From positions 1,420 through 65,419 of the forward strand of contig DATLEY010000158.1 in NCBI GenBank assembly GCA_035525215.1: a stretch of DNA of 64,000 nucleotides. Reading direction: 5' to 3'. This DNA is from Thermoanaerobaculia bacterium. Its GTDB lineage: Bacteria > Acidobacteriota > Thermoanaerobaculia > Gp7-AA8. The notes beneath the pieces were generated by a model. That model was not told the origin of the DNA. It did no database searches and saw only the letters and a program-made list of their open reading frames with translations. The position numbers were made by a program, and so were the translations under genes. Shown here piece by piece: positions 40,291-51,892 of the stretch; positions within the stretch are counted from its first letter, which is position 1; every line of letters begins with the position of its first letter.

Positions 40291-41967
40291 TTGGAACTGA
40301 TCCTCATCGCAGTCGGATTCATCGCCTTTCTCTCCATCGGATACCGGCTCTACGGAGGCTGGCTCGCGCGCGAATTCGGGCTCGACGATTCCCGGAGCAC
40401 TCCCGCTCATACGCAAAGCGACGGAGTCGACTTCGTTCCAACCGGCCGCCTTTATCTCTTCGGTCAGCACTTTTCCGCGATCGCCGCAGCGGGTCCGATC
40501 GCGGGTCCGATCATCGCGTGTCAGGCCTTCGGCTGGCTCCCTTCCATCCTCTGGATCTCCCTCGGCGTGGTCCTGATCGGGGCTGTCCACGACTTCGCGG
40601 CGCTCGCCGCCTCCGTGCGTCACCGCGCTCAATCCGTCGCCGAGATCGTCCGCGAGCATCTCGGCCCCCGCGCCGGCATCGCCATGATGGCCTTCATCTG
40701 GATCGCGCTCATCTACGTGATCGTCGCCTTCGCCGACATCACGGCCGGGAGCTTCGCCGGGATCACCGAAGAGCTCGAGGGCGCCATGGTCGAGTTCAAC
40801 CCCGGAGGCGCCGTCGCCGCCGCGAGCATCCTCTATCTCCTGCTCGCAATCGTCATGGGCTTCGTACAGCGCTTCCTCAACCCACCGCTCTGGCTTCTCA
40901 CCATCATCTTCGTGCCGCTGACATTCGTTCTCGTGTGGATCGGTACCAAGTTCTCCACGCTTCTGGTCATGGACGCGAAGATGTGGGGACTGCTGATCCT
41001 GGCTTACTGCGCACTCGCCTCTCTCGTCCCCGTCTGGGCTCTACTGCAGCCCCGAGGCTACCTCGGAGGGTTCATCCTGTTCTTCGCACTGGCCCTCGGT
41101 GTGATCGGGATCTTTTTCGGCGGCTACACGATCGAACAGCCGTCGTTCCGCTCGTGGGATACGGGCGGCATGACGGGATCGCTCTTCCCGTTTCTGTTCG
41201 TCACGATCGCCTGCGGTGCCTGCTCGGGGTTTCACGGTCTGGTGTGCTCCGGAACCACGTCGAAGCAGATCGACAGGGAACCCGACATCCGCCCGATCGG
41301 ATACGGCGGGATGCTGGCCGAGGGTTTCGTCGCACTGATCGCCATGGTCACGGTGATGATCGTGGCCGACGAGGGGTTGGCCGGCCTGAAGCCGGGGACG
41401 ATCTACGGCAACGGCATCGGACGCTTCATGACGCTGCTCGTCGGGGAAGAGCACTTGAATTTCGCGATCACATTCGGCGCGATGGCCTTCTCAACCTTCG
41501 TGTTCGACACTCTCGACGTTTCGGCCCGTCTGGGTCGCTACATTCTTCAGGAGGTTCTCGGATGGAGAAGCGCCAGAGGTGCGATCGGCGCCACGCTGCT
41601 GACCCTGGCCGTTCCAATCTACTTCGTCAGCTTCGCGCCGGAGGGAAGCTGGGTGAAGTTCTGGACTCTTTTCGGAGCGTCGAACCAGCTGCTCGCGGCG
41701 CTGACACTCCTGGCGATCACCGTCTGGCTCCGGCGGGCCAGGCAGCGGATCGGGTTCACGCTGGTCCCGATGCTCTTCGTTCTGGTGATCACGCTCTGGG
41801 CGTTGACCGAGCTGACCATCGCCAACGCCGTGGCGAGCCAGGGGCTCGATGTGGCCCTGATCAATGCGCTCGCATCGGCCGCGCTGATTCTCCTCGCCAT
41901 CTATCTGGTCATCCGCGCCATCGTGACGATGACCCGCCCCACCATGGCCCAGCCGTTGCGGGCCTGA
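40291..41967 (+). CDS. cstA: Carbon starvation protein A (CstA family peptide/pyruvate transporter)
   Basis: 558 aa, TTG start. YRLYGGWLAREFGLDD…DFVPTGRLYLFGQHFSAIAAAGPIAGPI matches the CstA N-terminal signature. About 16 TM segments. Confidence 0.85.
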   Translation: MELILIAVGFIAFLSIGYRLYGGWLAREFGLDDSRSTPAHTQSDGVDFVPTGRLYLFGQHFSAIAAAGPIAGPIIACQAFGWLPSILWISLGVVLIGAVHDFAALAASVRHRAQSVAEIVREHLGPRAGIAMMAFIWIALIYVIVAFADITAGSFAGITEELEGAMVEFNPGGAVAAASILYLLLAIVMGFVQRFLNPPLWLLTIIFVPLTFVLVWIGTKFSTLLVMDAKMWGLLILAYCALASLVPVWALLQPRGYLGGFILFFALALGVIGIFFGGYTIEQPSFRSWDTGGMTGSLFPFLFVTIACGACSGFHGLVCSGTTSKQIDREPDIRPIGYGGMLAEGFVALIAMVTVMIVADEGLAGLKPGTIYGNGIGRFMTLLVGEEHLNFAITFGAMAFSTFVFDTLDVSARLGRYILQEVLGWRSARGAIGATLLTLAVPIYFVSFAPEGSWVKFWTLFGASNQLLAALTLLAITVWLRRARQRIGFTLVPMLFVLVITLWALTELTIANAVASQGLDVALINALASAALILLAIYLVIRAIVTMTRPTMAQPLRA

Positions 41968-42004
41968 CACACCCCGGCGCTGGAACATCAGTACAATCGC
42001 CGGG

Positions 42005-43057
42005 ATGCGAGCTCCCTCTCATTTCTCCCTGGTCTGCATCCTTTCCTGCCTCGCCTCTCCCCTTCTCGCCCAGGAGAGGCCGGTCTTCGAGATCCTCGTC
42101 GAGCGGATTCTCCTCGACGCCTATGTGACCGACACGACCGGCGAGCCGCTCGATGATCTCCGCCCCTCGAATTTCGTCGTCACCATCGATGGCGCGCGCG
42201 CCGAGGTCGAGACGGTCGAGTTCATCGACATGACGAGACCGCGTGAGATCGACGAGGAGCTCGTCCATCCCGAGAGTGAGCTGGCCACTGTCCGCGGAAG
42301 GCTTCTCGTTTATTTTTTTCAGACCGACATCCAGCGACACTCCAGTCGCGTGCCCGGTCACATGGCGATGATTCACGAGGCGGTCGAGTTTCTGAAGACT
42401 CTCCAGCCGGAGGACCGGGTGGCCGTCGTTCAGTTCGACTCGCATCTCAAGGTGCGGCAGGACTTCACGACGGACCGCGAAAGGATCGAGACGGCGATCC
42501 GTTCGACGCTGAGAATGGAAGAGCCGCCACGGCCCGAGAAGGTTCCCTCTCCTGCTCTCATGACTCGCCTCGATCCCGATGAGATGAAGAAGGCGGCGAG
42601 CGCGGAAAAGGGGCTCTTCCTTCTCGGCAACGCTCTGATCCCGGTGCCCGGTCCGAAAAGCCTCATCCTCTTCGGTTACGGTCTGGGGCGATTCGGATCG
42701 AGCGGTGTCCGCATGACCAGCGACTACCTGATCGCCCGGCGCGCTCTCGAAAAGTCGAGGACTTCGGTCTTCTCGCTCGATGTCAGCCGAGCCGATTATC
42801 ATTCGCTGGAAGTGGGCCTCAAGCAGGCCTCGAAGGACACCGGCGGGTTCTACGCCAAGACGCACAATTTTCCGAAGTTCGCGATGACCAGGCTGGAGAG
42901 GACGCTCTCTGCGCGATACGAGATCGTGGTCAAGCGGCCCCCGGATCTTCCCCGCGGCATTCACCAGGTCGAGATCCGCATCATCGGGCGGAATCAGGAA
43001 GTGGAGGTCCTCGCGCGTGAGACGTGGGAGGACGAGTACCGCGCCTCGGACAACTGA
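42005..43057 (+). CDS. Secreted VWA-domain protein (VWFA-related, Acidobacteria-type)
   Basis: 350 aa, signal peptide (ILSCLASPLLAQE), then a VWA-like fold (…RLLVYFFQTD…VAVVQFDSHLKVRQDFTTDR…FSLDVSRAD…). Confidence 0.65.
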   Translation: MRAPSHFSLVCILSCLASPLLAQERPVFEILVERILLDAYVTDTTGEPLDDLRPSNFVVTIDGARAEVETVEFIDMTRPREIDEELVHPESELATVRGRLLVYFFQTDIQRHSSRVPGHMAMIHEAVEFLKTLQPEDRVAVVQFDSHLKVRQDFTTDRERIETAIRSTLRMEEPPRPEKVPSPALMTRLDPDEMKKAASAEKGLFLLGNALIPVPGPKSLILFGYGLGRFGSSGVRMTSDYLIARRALEKSRTSVFSLDVSRADYHSLEVGLKQASKDTGGFYAKTHNFPKFAMTRLERTLSARYEIVVKRPPDLPRGIHQVEIRIIGRNQEVEVLARETWEDEYRASDN

Positions 43058-43096
43058 GCGAGGAACCTTCACCCTCCTCTCCGCTATCATCCTCCC

Positions 43097-44518
43097 ATGA
43101 GAATGATCGCTTTCCTCTCGCTCCTCCTTTCCCCGCTTACTCTCCTGGCGCATGAAGAAAAGTCGTTCGACCGATTCTTCACCGTGCGAACGATGCGGGT
43201 GGATTACTTCCACACCGGAAGAGTGGGTCAGGAGATCATCAGCCTCGATCGCGTCGTGGACGACGGTCCCTGGGCGGGGCCCCGATCGAAGCTGATCGAC
43301 ACGCTGGACCTCGGCAAGTACCGTTTCGTGGTCCGCGATCTCGCCACTCATCGGGAGCTGTACAGCCGGGGCTTCTCGTCGATTTACGGCGAATGGGAGA
43401 CGACACCGGACGCCCGGGAGCGGCACCAGACGTTTCATGAGTCTCTACGGTTTCCATGGCCGAAAAGCCCGGTGGAAGTGATCATCGAGAAACGGAGCGC
43501 CCGCAATTCCTTCATGCCGATCTGGCAGACGGTGGTCGATCCGTCCTCCCGCGCGGTCAACCGCGCCCCCCTGGAACCGGTCGCCGAAGTCCATACGATC
43601 TTCGAGAGCGGGCCGGCTTCCGCGAAAGTCGACCTCCTCTTCCTCGGAGAGGGCTACACGGCGAAGGAGACCGGAAAATTCGTCGAGGATGCCCGCCGGC
43701 TCACCGAGGCTCTATTTGCCGTCGAACCGTTCAAGAGCAGGCGATCCGACTTCAATGTACGGGCCATCGCTCCTCCGTCTGCCCGGAGCGGCGTCCACCG
43801 CGTCAGGGCTGACCAGAATCGTCGCAGCCCGATGTCGGTCGAGTACAACATCTTCGACTCGGAGAGGTACATCCTGACGCTCGACAACCGCAGGCTTCGC
43901 GACGTCGCCTCGGCGGCGCCCTATGAATTCGTGGAGATTCTCGTCAATGAGAGGCAGTACGGCGGAGGTGGAATCTACGGCCTCCACTCGACGGCGGCTG
44001 CCGGAAGCGAGTTCGCCGATTACCTCGTCATCCATGAATTCGGACATCACTTCGCGGCGCTCGGGGATGAGTACTACACGTCTCCGGTTTCGTACGAGAC
44101 CGGCGCGTCCTTCCATCCGGAGCCGTGGGAGCCGAACATCACCGCGCTCCATGATCCCGAGGACCTCAAGTGGAAGGATCTGGTCGAGCCCGGGACTCCC
44201 CTCCCGACGCCGTGGCGGAAGGAAGAGTTCGAGAAGCACAGCCGGGCGATCCAGGCGCGCCGCGCGGAGCTTCGGGCCAAGGGAGCCTCGGAGGAAACTC
44301 TCGAGGCTCTCTTCCGGGAGCAGCAGGCATGGGAGGAGAAGTTCCTCGCCGCCGAGAAGTACGCGGGAAAAGTCGGAGCGTTCGAAGGAGCGAGCTACGA
44401 GGTGACAGGGCTCTATCGCCCGCAGGTCGATTGCATCATGTTCACGCGCGACCGGGTCGGCTTCTGCCGTGTCTGCGACCGCGCGATCCAGCGAGTCATC
44501 GACATGCACACGGAGTAG
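43097..44518 (+). CDS. Peptidase M64 family (IgA-peptidase-like) zinc metalloprotease
   Basis: 473 aa, signal peptide. HExxH in VIHEFGHHFAALGDEYY. C-terminal CxxC (CRVCDRA). Gene length and motif order fit M64. Confidence 0.7.
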   Translation: MRMIAFLSLLLSPLTLLAHEEKSFDRFFTVRTMRVDYFHTGRVGQEIISLDRVVDDGPWAGPRSKLIDTLDLGKYRFVVRDLATHRELYSRGFSSIYGEWETTPDARERHQTFHESLRFPWPKSPVEVIIEKRSARNSFMPIWQTVVDPSSRAVNRAPLEPVAEVHTIFESGPASAKVDLLFLGEGYTAKETGKFVEDARRLTEALFAVEPFKSRRSDFNVRAIAPPSARSGVHRVRADQNRRSPMSVEYNIFDSERYILTLDNRRLRDVASAAPYEFVEILVNERQYGGGGIYGLHSTAAAGSEFADYLVIHEFGHHFAALGDEYYTSPVSYETGASFHPEPWEPNITALHDPEDLKWKDLVEPGTPLPTPWRKEEFEKHSRAIQARRAELRAKGASEETLEALFREQQAWEEKFLAAEKYAGKVGAFEGASYEVTGLYRPQVDCIMFTRDRVGFCRVCDRAIQRVIDMHTE

Positions 44519-44537
44519 GCGAACCGATCGGCTTCGC

Positions 44538-45317
44538 CTATTCGATCATTCCGGTCATCGGGCTCGAGGCCGTCGCGTAGAGCTTCTTCTCGATGCGGCC
44601 GGAGCGGTAGGCCAGGCGTCCCGCCTTCACCGCGTAGTTCATGGCCAGGGCCATGGAGACGGGCTCGCGGGCTCCCGCGATGCCGGTATTCATGAGGACC
44701 GCGTCGGCACCGAGCTCCATGGCCACCGCCGCATCCGATGCGGTTCCGACGCCCGCGTCGACGATCACCGGCACCCGCGTGAACTCCCGGATGATCTGCA
44801 GATTGGCGGGATTGCGGATTCCCAGGCCGGAGCCTATCGGTGCGGCCAGGGGCATCACGGCAGCGCATCCCATCTCTTCGAGCTTCCGGCAGGCCACGGG
44901 ATCATCCCCGATGTAGGGGAGGACGATGAATCCTTCCGCGAGGAGAATTTCCGCGGCGCGAAGGGTCTCGGTGGTATCCGGAAAGAGTGTTCGCTGATCG
45001 CCGATCACTTCCAGCTTGACCCAGTCGGACAGCCCCACCTCGCGACCGAGGCGCGCGTAGCGCACGGCCTCGTCGGCGCTGTAGCAGCCGGCAGTATTCG
45101 GGAGGATCAGGAATCTGGTGCGATCGAGGTAGTCGAAGAGGCGCGGCTGCTTCGGATCCGCGACCGAGGTCCGCCGGACCGCCACCGTCACGATCTCCGC
45201 TCCGGACGCATCGATGGCTTCCGCCATCTGCTCCATTGAAGCGTACTTGCCCGTTCCCACGATCAGGCGCGAGGTGAACTCTTTCCCCCCAAGGAGAAAC
45301 GGATCGGATTTCGTCAT
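44538..45317 (-). CDS. thiG: Thiazole synthase ThiG
   Basis: 259 aa, …LIVGTGKY…KLEVIGD…LPY…MPL(A)APIGSG…VDAGVGT… Full-length ThiG similarity. Confidence 0.9.
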   Translation of the reverse strand: MTKSDPFLLGGKEFTSRLIVGTGKYASMEQMAEAIDASGAEIVTVAVRRTSVADPKQPRLFDYLDRTRFLILPNTAGCYSADEAVRYARLGREVGLSDWVKLEVIGDQRTLFPDTTETLRAAEILLAEGFIVLPYIGDDPVACRKLEEMGCAAVMPLAAPIGSGLGIRNPANLQIIREFTRVPVIVDAGVGTASDAAVAMELGADAVLMNTGIAGAREPVSMALAMNYAVKAGRLAYRSGRIEKKLYATASSPMTGMIE

Positions 45318-45319
45318 AT

Positions 45320-45590
45320 GTTAGTTGTTAGTTGTTGGTTGTTGGTTGTTAGTCGGTTCCCAGTTCCCAGTTCCGAGTTCCGAGTTCCGAGTTGCCAGGT
45401 TCCCTGTTGCCCGTTGTAGTCGGAAGCGTCAGTTCCCCCAACTGGAAATGATCAACGGGAACGGCCCTGGGAACTGAAACTGGAAGCTGCAAACTGCGAA
45501 CTGGGAACTGGGAACTGGGAACTGGGAACTGGGAACTGGGAACTGCGAACTCGGAACTGACGAACACCTACAACTATCCGCTGACGACCG
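45320..45590. repeat. MITE-like composite repeat with inverted heptamer microsatellite arms ((AACAACT)n, (GGGAACT)6)
   Basis: 45321-45415: TGTTAGTTGTTAGTTGTTGGTTG…GTTCCCAGTTCCCAGTTCCGAGTTCCGAGTTCCGAG. 45455-45575: …GGGAACTGGGAACTGGGAACTGGGAACTGGGAACTGGGAACTGCGAACTCGGAACT…CTACAACTATCC, the inverse orientation. Same heptamer family as 16040-16095 and 30121-30360. Confidence 0.85.
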
Positions 45591-45801
45591 CAAAAATCAT
45601 CTGCATGTCGCCGCAGATCCGGCACTGCACGTGGACCGAGTCGCGTGCACGCAGGCCGCCGGGGGCGTCGCAGACGAAGCAGAGGGCAGCGGGGCGCTGA
45701 ACTTCGCATTGACAACCTTCGCATCGAACGGTGTCCAGCCCGAACGGATCGTTCTCCACCGACTCCGACCCGCACTCCGGACAGCGCCAGCGAACCGCCA
45801 T
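45574..45801 (-). CDS. Small double zinc-ribbon protein (4x CxxC)
   Basis: ~75 aa from the internal start [16 protein letters not shown]…CEGCQCEV…CFVCDA…[16 protein letters not shown] within ORF 45574..45888. Its stop lies at the edge of the heptamer-repeat element. Confidence 0.45.
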   Translation of the reverse strand: MAVRWRCPECGSESVENDPFGLDTVRCEGCQCEVQRPAALCFVCDAPGGLRARDSVHVQCRICGDMQMIFAVVSG

Positions 45802-45915
45802 TCGTTCTCCCGCCCCTTCTGATTTAGTACGACGATAATCATACACGAAAATATGCGTTTCGCGTGGATGCCGGCAGCCGCGATTCATGGTTCGATTTCC
45901 GCTACCATCCGCCTG

Positions 45916-46518
45916 ATGCCGCCGCTCGCAGAGACCAATCTCGATCCCGATCCCTTTCTCCAGTTCGCCGGCTGGTTCCGCGAAGCGATCGAAGCGGAGA
46001 TCCCCCTGGCGGAAGCAATGACGCTGGCGACAGCGGATTCCGATGGAAGACCCTCGGCGCGCGTGGTTCTCCTCAAGGGATTCGATGACGACGGCTTCCT
46101 CTTCTTCACCAATTACGAGAGCAGGAAGTCGCGCGAGCTCGCCGAAAACCCGAGGGCGGCTCTATGCTTCTGGTGGCCGGTCCTGCAGCGGCAGGTGCGG
46201 ATCGAAGGAGACGTGCTGCGGCTCAGCAGCGGCGAGTCCGAGGCCTACTTTGCCACCCGCCCCCGCGGCAGTCAGCTGGGAGCGTGGGCCTCGCCCCAGA
46301 GTGAGGTGATCCCGGGGCGGCAGGTGCTGGAGGAAACGATGGTCGAGCTGATCGGCCGGTGGGCCGATGCCCCGATTCCCCGCCCTCCCCATTGGGGGGG
46401 ATATCGCCTGAACGCCCGCTCGATCGAGTTCTGGCAGAACCGCGACGACCGGCTTCACGACCGATTCCGCTACACGCGGGTCGATCGAGCATGGCGCATC
46501 GATCGCCTCGCTCCCTGA
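45916..46518 (+). CDS. pdxH: Pyridoxamine 5'-phosphate oxidase PdxH
   Basis: Start MPPLAETNLDPDPFLQF within ORF 45853..46518. …RVVLLKGFDDDGFLFFTNYESRKSRELAENP…IEFWQNRDDRLHDR (PNPOx signature). Confidence 0.85.
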   Translation: MPPLAETNLDPDPFLQFAGWFREAIEAEIPLAEAMTLATADSDGRPSARVVLLKGFDDDGFLFFTNYESRKSRELAENPRAALCFWWPVLQRQVRIEGDVLRLSSGESEAYFATRPRGSQLGAWASPQSEVIPGRQVLEETMVELIGRWADAPIPRPPHWGGYRLNARSIEFWQNRDDRLHDRFRYTRVDRAWRIDRLAP

Positions 46519-46596
46519 CGAAGTTGTAAATCCGATGTGGAAGGTGAATGGAACGGCGAGTGGCGGCGTTCCGTCAGAACGATGGAGGAAGTCCTG

Positions 46597-47112
46597 ATGG
46601 GGCGACGCTTTTCACTTTTACTTCTGTTCACTCTTCTGGCCACGCAGGCCAGCGCACAGACGACGCAGCCGCCCACCGGCGAGGCGCTGATGCAGGCGCT
46701 GCTCGTCGAGCTGCGCGCCATCCGTCAGGCCCTGACCGAGCAGTCCGCCATCGAGCTCCGGGCCAGGCTTCTCCTCCAGCGCGAAGATCGACAGCAGCGC
46801 ATCGTCGACGAGCTCACTCGAGAGGTCGACCAACGCCGCAACATGATGGGCGACATGACCATGGAGGAGCCGCCGGAGCGGATGACTCAGCGGATGGAGG
46901 AACGTCTCCTCGCGGAGACCGATCCACAGCGGCGGCGCGACCTGGAAGCCGAGATGAGTATGATGCGGCAGCGCTTCGAAATGATGAAGCAGCATCGCGA
47001 CCGCGAGGCCGTCCGTTCCCAGCAGATGGAGATGCGCCTTCAGGACGAACGCGGCCGCCTCGAGGATCTCCGTTCCGAGATCGACTCGCTGATCGACCGG
47101 CTGGACCGCTGA
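46597..47112 (+). CDS. Periplasmic coiled-coil protein, possible LTXXQ-motif (Spy/CpxP-like) family
   Basis: Start MGRRFSLLLLFTLLATQASAQ (signal). Charged, Met/Arg/Glu/Gln-rich helical sequence with an LTEQS motif. Confidence 0.45.
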   Translation: MGRRFSLLLLFTLLATQASAQTTQPPTGEALMQALLVELRAIRQALTEQSAIELRARLLLQREDRQQRIVDELTREVDQRRNMMGDMTMEEPPERMTQRMEERLLAETDPQRRRDLEAEMSMMRQRFEMMKQHRDREAVRSQQMEMRLQDERGRLEDLRSEIDSLIDRLDR

Positions 47113-47137
47113 TTCCCCGCCAACGTATCCTGACGGC

Positions 47138-47575
47138 ATGAACGGAACGATCCTTTCGATCTGGATCAAGCGCTCGCATGGCGGTCCGATGGACAACGTC
47201 GAATCGGCCGAGCTGATCGCCGGCCACGGCATTGCCGGAAACGCCAACCAGGGGGGACGGCGGCAGGTGACCGTGATCAGCGAGGAAGCATGGAAGGATA
47301 CCCTCGCGGATCTCGGCGCCACGGTCGATCCATCGGCCCGGCGGGCCAACGTCCTCGTCCGGGGTCTCGACCTCGAGCAGAGTCAGGAGAAGACCCTTCG
47401 ACTCGGCGGATGCACAATCAGGCTTCTCGGCGAGACACGACCCTGCGAGCTCATGGACGAGATGAAGGACGGCCTGCGGAGCGCGCTGCGTCCCGCGTGG
47501 CGCGGCGGAGCCTACGGGGCTGTGCTGGAAGGGGGCGAGATTCGCGTCGGTGATCCCGCTGCCCTCAGCGGCTGA
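47138..47575 (+). CDS. MOSC-domain protein
   Basis: 145 aa, beta-barrel MOSC-like pattern (…HGIAGNANQGGRRQVTVISEE…TRPCELMDE…). Call from pattern recall; moderate. Confidence 0.6.
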   Translation: MNGTILSIWIKRSHGGPMDNVESAELIAGHGIAGNANQGGRRQVTVISEEAWKDTLADLGATVDPSARRANVLVRGLDLEQSQEKTLRLGGCTIRLLGETRPCELMDEMKDGLRSALRPAWRGGAYGAVLEGGEIRVGDPAALSG

Positions 47576-47578
47576 GCG

Positions 47579-48115
47579 TCATGGTTCCGATTCCGCGGGC
47601 CTCAGACGCAGCACGACTTCCCGCCGCTCGTGGAAGGGAATCATGAACATCGCCAGCCCCGTCTCCGACGCCCCATTCACGAGGACCAGGCTTCCATCCT
47701 CGCTGCGGTAGGCGGCGCAGGAGCGCCGCTCCCCGGTCAGGCCCGGATAAATCCGGACGCCCGCGTCGATCGGAATCATCAGCCGGCCCTTCCGCCATTG
47801 CGCGTCCTCCAGGGAAAGGAGAGCTTCCTCGCTCTTTCCCTCGTGATTCACGTAGCGGATCCTCAGAACGCCAGGCTCCTGATCGACGGAAACGGTCGAA
47901 CCTGGCTTGATCTCGTCGACCGGCAGGAAGGTCATCTCGTCGAGGTCCATCAGATGCCCTCGCACACAGGCGTCGACGCTATCGAACACATACTCGCCTG
48001 AGAGCTGGGTCGTCTCCGGATCGGGCAGCGGTTTGAGGTTGGCCGGGGGCCGTGAAATGCACGCGAGCGGCGCGAGGGTGAGCAAAAGAATCAGCGGAGG
48101 GAGAGATCGAATCAT
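47579..48115 (-). CDS. Hypothetical lipoprotein
   Basis: Start MIRSLPPLILLLTLAPLACISR (lipobox) within ORF 47579..48145. No known domain. Confidence 0.4.
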   Translation of the reverse strand: MIRSLPPLILLLTLAPLACISRPPANLKPLPDPETTQLSGEYVFDSVDACVRGHLMDLDEMTFLPVDEIKPGSTVSVDQEPGVLRIRYVNHEGKSEEALLSLEDAQWRKGRLMIPIDAGVRIYPGLTGERRSCAAYRSEDGSLVLVNGASETGLAMFMIPFHERREVVLRLRPAESEP

Positions 48116-48358
48116 GCGTTCCTCCTGCATGATCCGAGAGGGCAATCATCGCGCCAGCCCCGCGATTTTCGACGATAGAATCGACCTCATGACCCGCGCC
48201 ACTCTCGCTGTCATTCTTCTCTCGATTCCTTCACTCCTGCAGGGCTCGGTGACCCGCTTCTTCGATGGGAATCCCGCCGACGTCGACCCTCCTCTCCGGG
48301 GCCACTCACTGACGCCCGAATGGAAGAGGTTGCCGTTACACCTTGTTGCCGCGCCCGC

Positions 48359-49990
<1,632 letters not shown>

Positions 49991-50153
49991 CCCGTGGGGT
50001 CACATCTTCGTTTTTCGTTTTCGATTCCGAATTCAGTGGAGATTCGGGAGGGGGCTGCCTCGGCAGGAGATATAACCGTTGATACTGGCCCCGGGCGGGG
50101 AGGTGAGACCATACTTGCCACCGGCGGCCCGTCCCCCGCCACCCATCATCGCC

Positions 50154-51203
50154 ATGACGATCGAACGACGGGATCTCCGGACCCCGCGCGCCTACGGATC
50201 CGACCGGGTTCAACACGATCCGGGCGAAGGGATCGTTCTCGACTCACGACACACGAAGGGATGGCAGGGGCGGGTCATGGCGAGCCGCGGAAATCGCGCA
50301 CATCCCGGAACGGCGATCGAATGGGACGAAGAGCTGTGGGAGGTCGTCTCGGTCGAGCCCCTCCAGCCGGTCGGCGTCCGTTATCGCCTCGAGCGGTGGG
50401 ACGATTCACAGGTCATCCGGGTCCGCGACGACTACAACGCTTCCAGCGAGGATCTCCGCGCCAAAGGACGGCTGCAGCATCGGAACCGCGAACGGACGCG
50501 ACGCCTCTGGACGGGGTTCTCCCTCTTCACCGGCCACATGCCCGCATCCGTTCAGGAACGGATGCACCTGGAGTACGGAACACCGCCCGCCCTCCCCACC
50601 CTCATCTCTCTCGTTCCGGTGGCCGCCCTCGGACTCATCTCGCTCATCATCTTCATCCCGACGTTCCTCGGCGCGGCAAAAACGTCTTTCCCGGACTGGC
50701 TGATGTTCGTCGGGATCTTTCTCTTTCTCGAAACCGCCCTCCGATTCGCCTATGTGCTCTCCACGGGCAAACCGATTGGATCGTTGATCGGCGCGATCGC
50801 CGCCGCGCTCATTTACCGCCAGCAGAAGAAGGCTCCGAAGCTCGCTTTGGCCGCGGTCGACGACCCTCATCAGAACAGGCGCGACAAGATCGAGATGTTC
50901 GCCCCTCTCCTTGCGTTTCTCGAAGTCGAGGAGCAGAAGCGTCTCCACCGCGTCTACCATTTCGACTACGTCGCCTGGGGACGTCGAACCGCGTGGATCC
51001 TCCTCGCCCTCATCGGTCTCGCTGTCATCACCCAGCTTTCATCGATCGGCGACCCTGACTTCGGCCCGGGACGCTGGGCGGCTCTGGTCGTCAATCTCGG
51101 CCTGATCGCGGAGCAGGTGGGGAGATTGATCCGGCTCTCCAGGGGGGAGCCAGCCCCGAGCGTCCTCAGAATTCTGGTCTGGTGGGCGAGTCGCGGACTC
51201 TGA
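50154..51203 (+). CDS. Hypothetical membrane protein (soluble N-domain plus ~5-6 TM)
   Basis: ORF 50079..51203. Candidate starts at 50154 (MTIERRDL) or 50277 (MASRGNR). Hydrophobic segments LISLVPVAALGLISLIIFIPTFL, LMFVGIFLFLETAL etc. Confidence 0.4.
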   Translation: MTIERRDLRTPRAYGSDRVQHDPGEGIVLDSRHTKGWQGRVMASRGNRAHPGTAIEWDEELWEVVSVEPLQPVGVRYRLERWDDSQVIRVRDDYNASSEDLRAKGRLQHRNRERTRRLWTGFSLFTGHMPASVQERMHLEYGTPPALPTLISLVPVAALGLISLIIFIPTFLGAAKTSFPDWLMFVGIFLFLETALRFAYVLSTGKPIGSLIGAIAAALIYRQQKKAPKLALAAVDDPHQNRRDKIEMFAPLLAFLEVEEQKRLHRVYHFDYVAWGRRTAWILLALIGLAVITQLSSIGDPDFGPGRWAALVVNLGLIAEQVGRLIRLSRGEPAPSVLRILVWWASRGL

Positions 51204-51301
51204 AGCACCGTTCTCAACCCCATGAGTCCGGTCGCGCCAAGATCATCAGCCCCACGGACAACAACGCCGGAAAAATCTGAGCGTTCGATTCGGCCGGGGT
51301 C

Positions 51302-51819
51302 TTACTTCAGCGCGTCGATCGCTTCGAGCACTTCCGCGCTGTGTCCCGCCGGCTTCACCTTCTCGAATACGCGAACGATCGTTCCGTCCGGATCGATCAG
51401 GAAGGTGTTGCGTGCCGAGAGCTTCGCGCCGTTGTACTCCATGACCGACCCATAAACCTCGGAGACCGCCGCTTCCGAGTCGGAAAGAAGAGTGAATGTC
51501 AAGCCTTCCTTGTCGCAGAAGCTCTTGTGCGATTCGACTGAATCGACGCTGACTCCGAGGATGACGGCGTTGCGCTCGCTGTACTTCGCCAGGTCGCGCT
51601 GAAAGTTCTGCGCCTGCAGAGTGCAGCCGCCGGTGAAGTCCTTCGGGTAGAAGTAGAGGACCACCCACTTGCCGCGGTAATCCTTCAGCGAAGCTTCATC
51701 CCCCGAGCCGGCCTCGAGGGTGAAGTCGGGAGCGGCGCTTCCCGCCGCGGGTAGCGTGCCCGCGAATGCGCTCGCCGCGAGGCAGAGCAGGGTGAGGACG
51801 ACTGCAGCGATTCTGGTCA
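51302..51819 (-). CDS. bcp: Secreted peroxiredoxin (Bcp/AhpC-TSA family)
   Basis: C-terminal 172 aa of the 416-aa ORF. Start MTRIAAVVLTLLCLAASAFA (signal) at ATG 51819 with GGAGG upstream. Peroxidatic Cys motif DFTGGCT, resolving Cys (FCDKEG). Confidence 0.8.
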
Positions 51820-51892
51820 TGAGGAGCCTCCGTACATCCGCGCGATTGTACGCCTGTCCCGCCGAAGGGGGGCTTAACGATATCGTGTCGCC

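Noticed and set aside
45318-45590. TPP riboswitch upstream of thiG
   Set aside because: The region is occupied by heptamer repeats, and no CUGAGA / ACCUGAUCUGGAUAAUGCCAGCG-like conserved core was seen.
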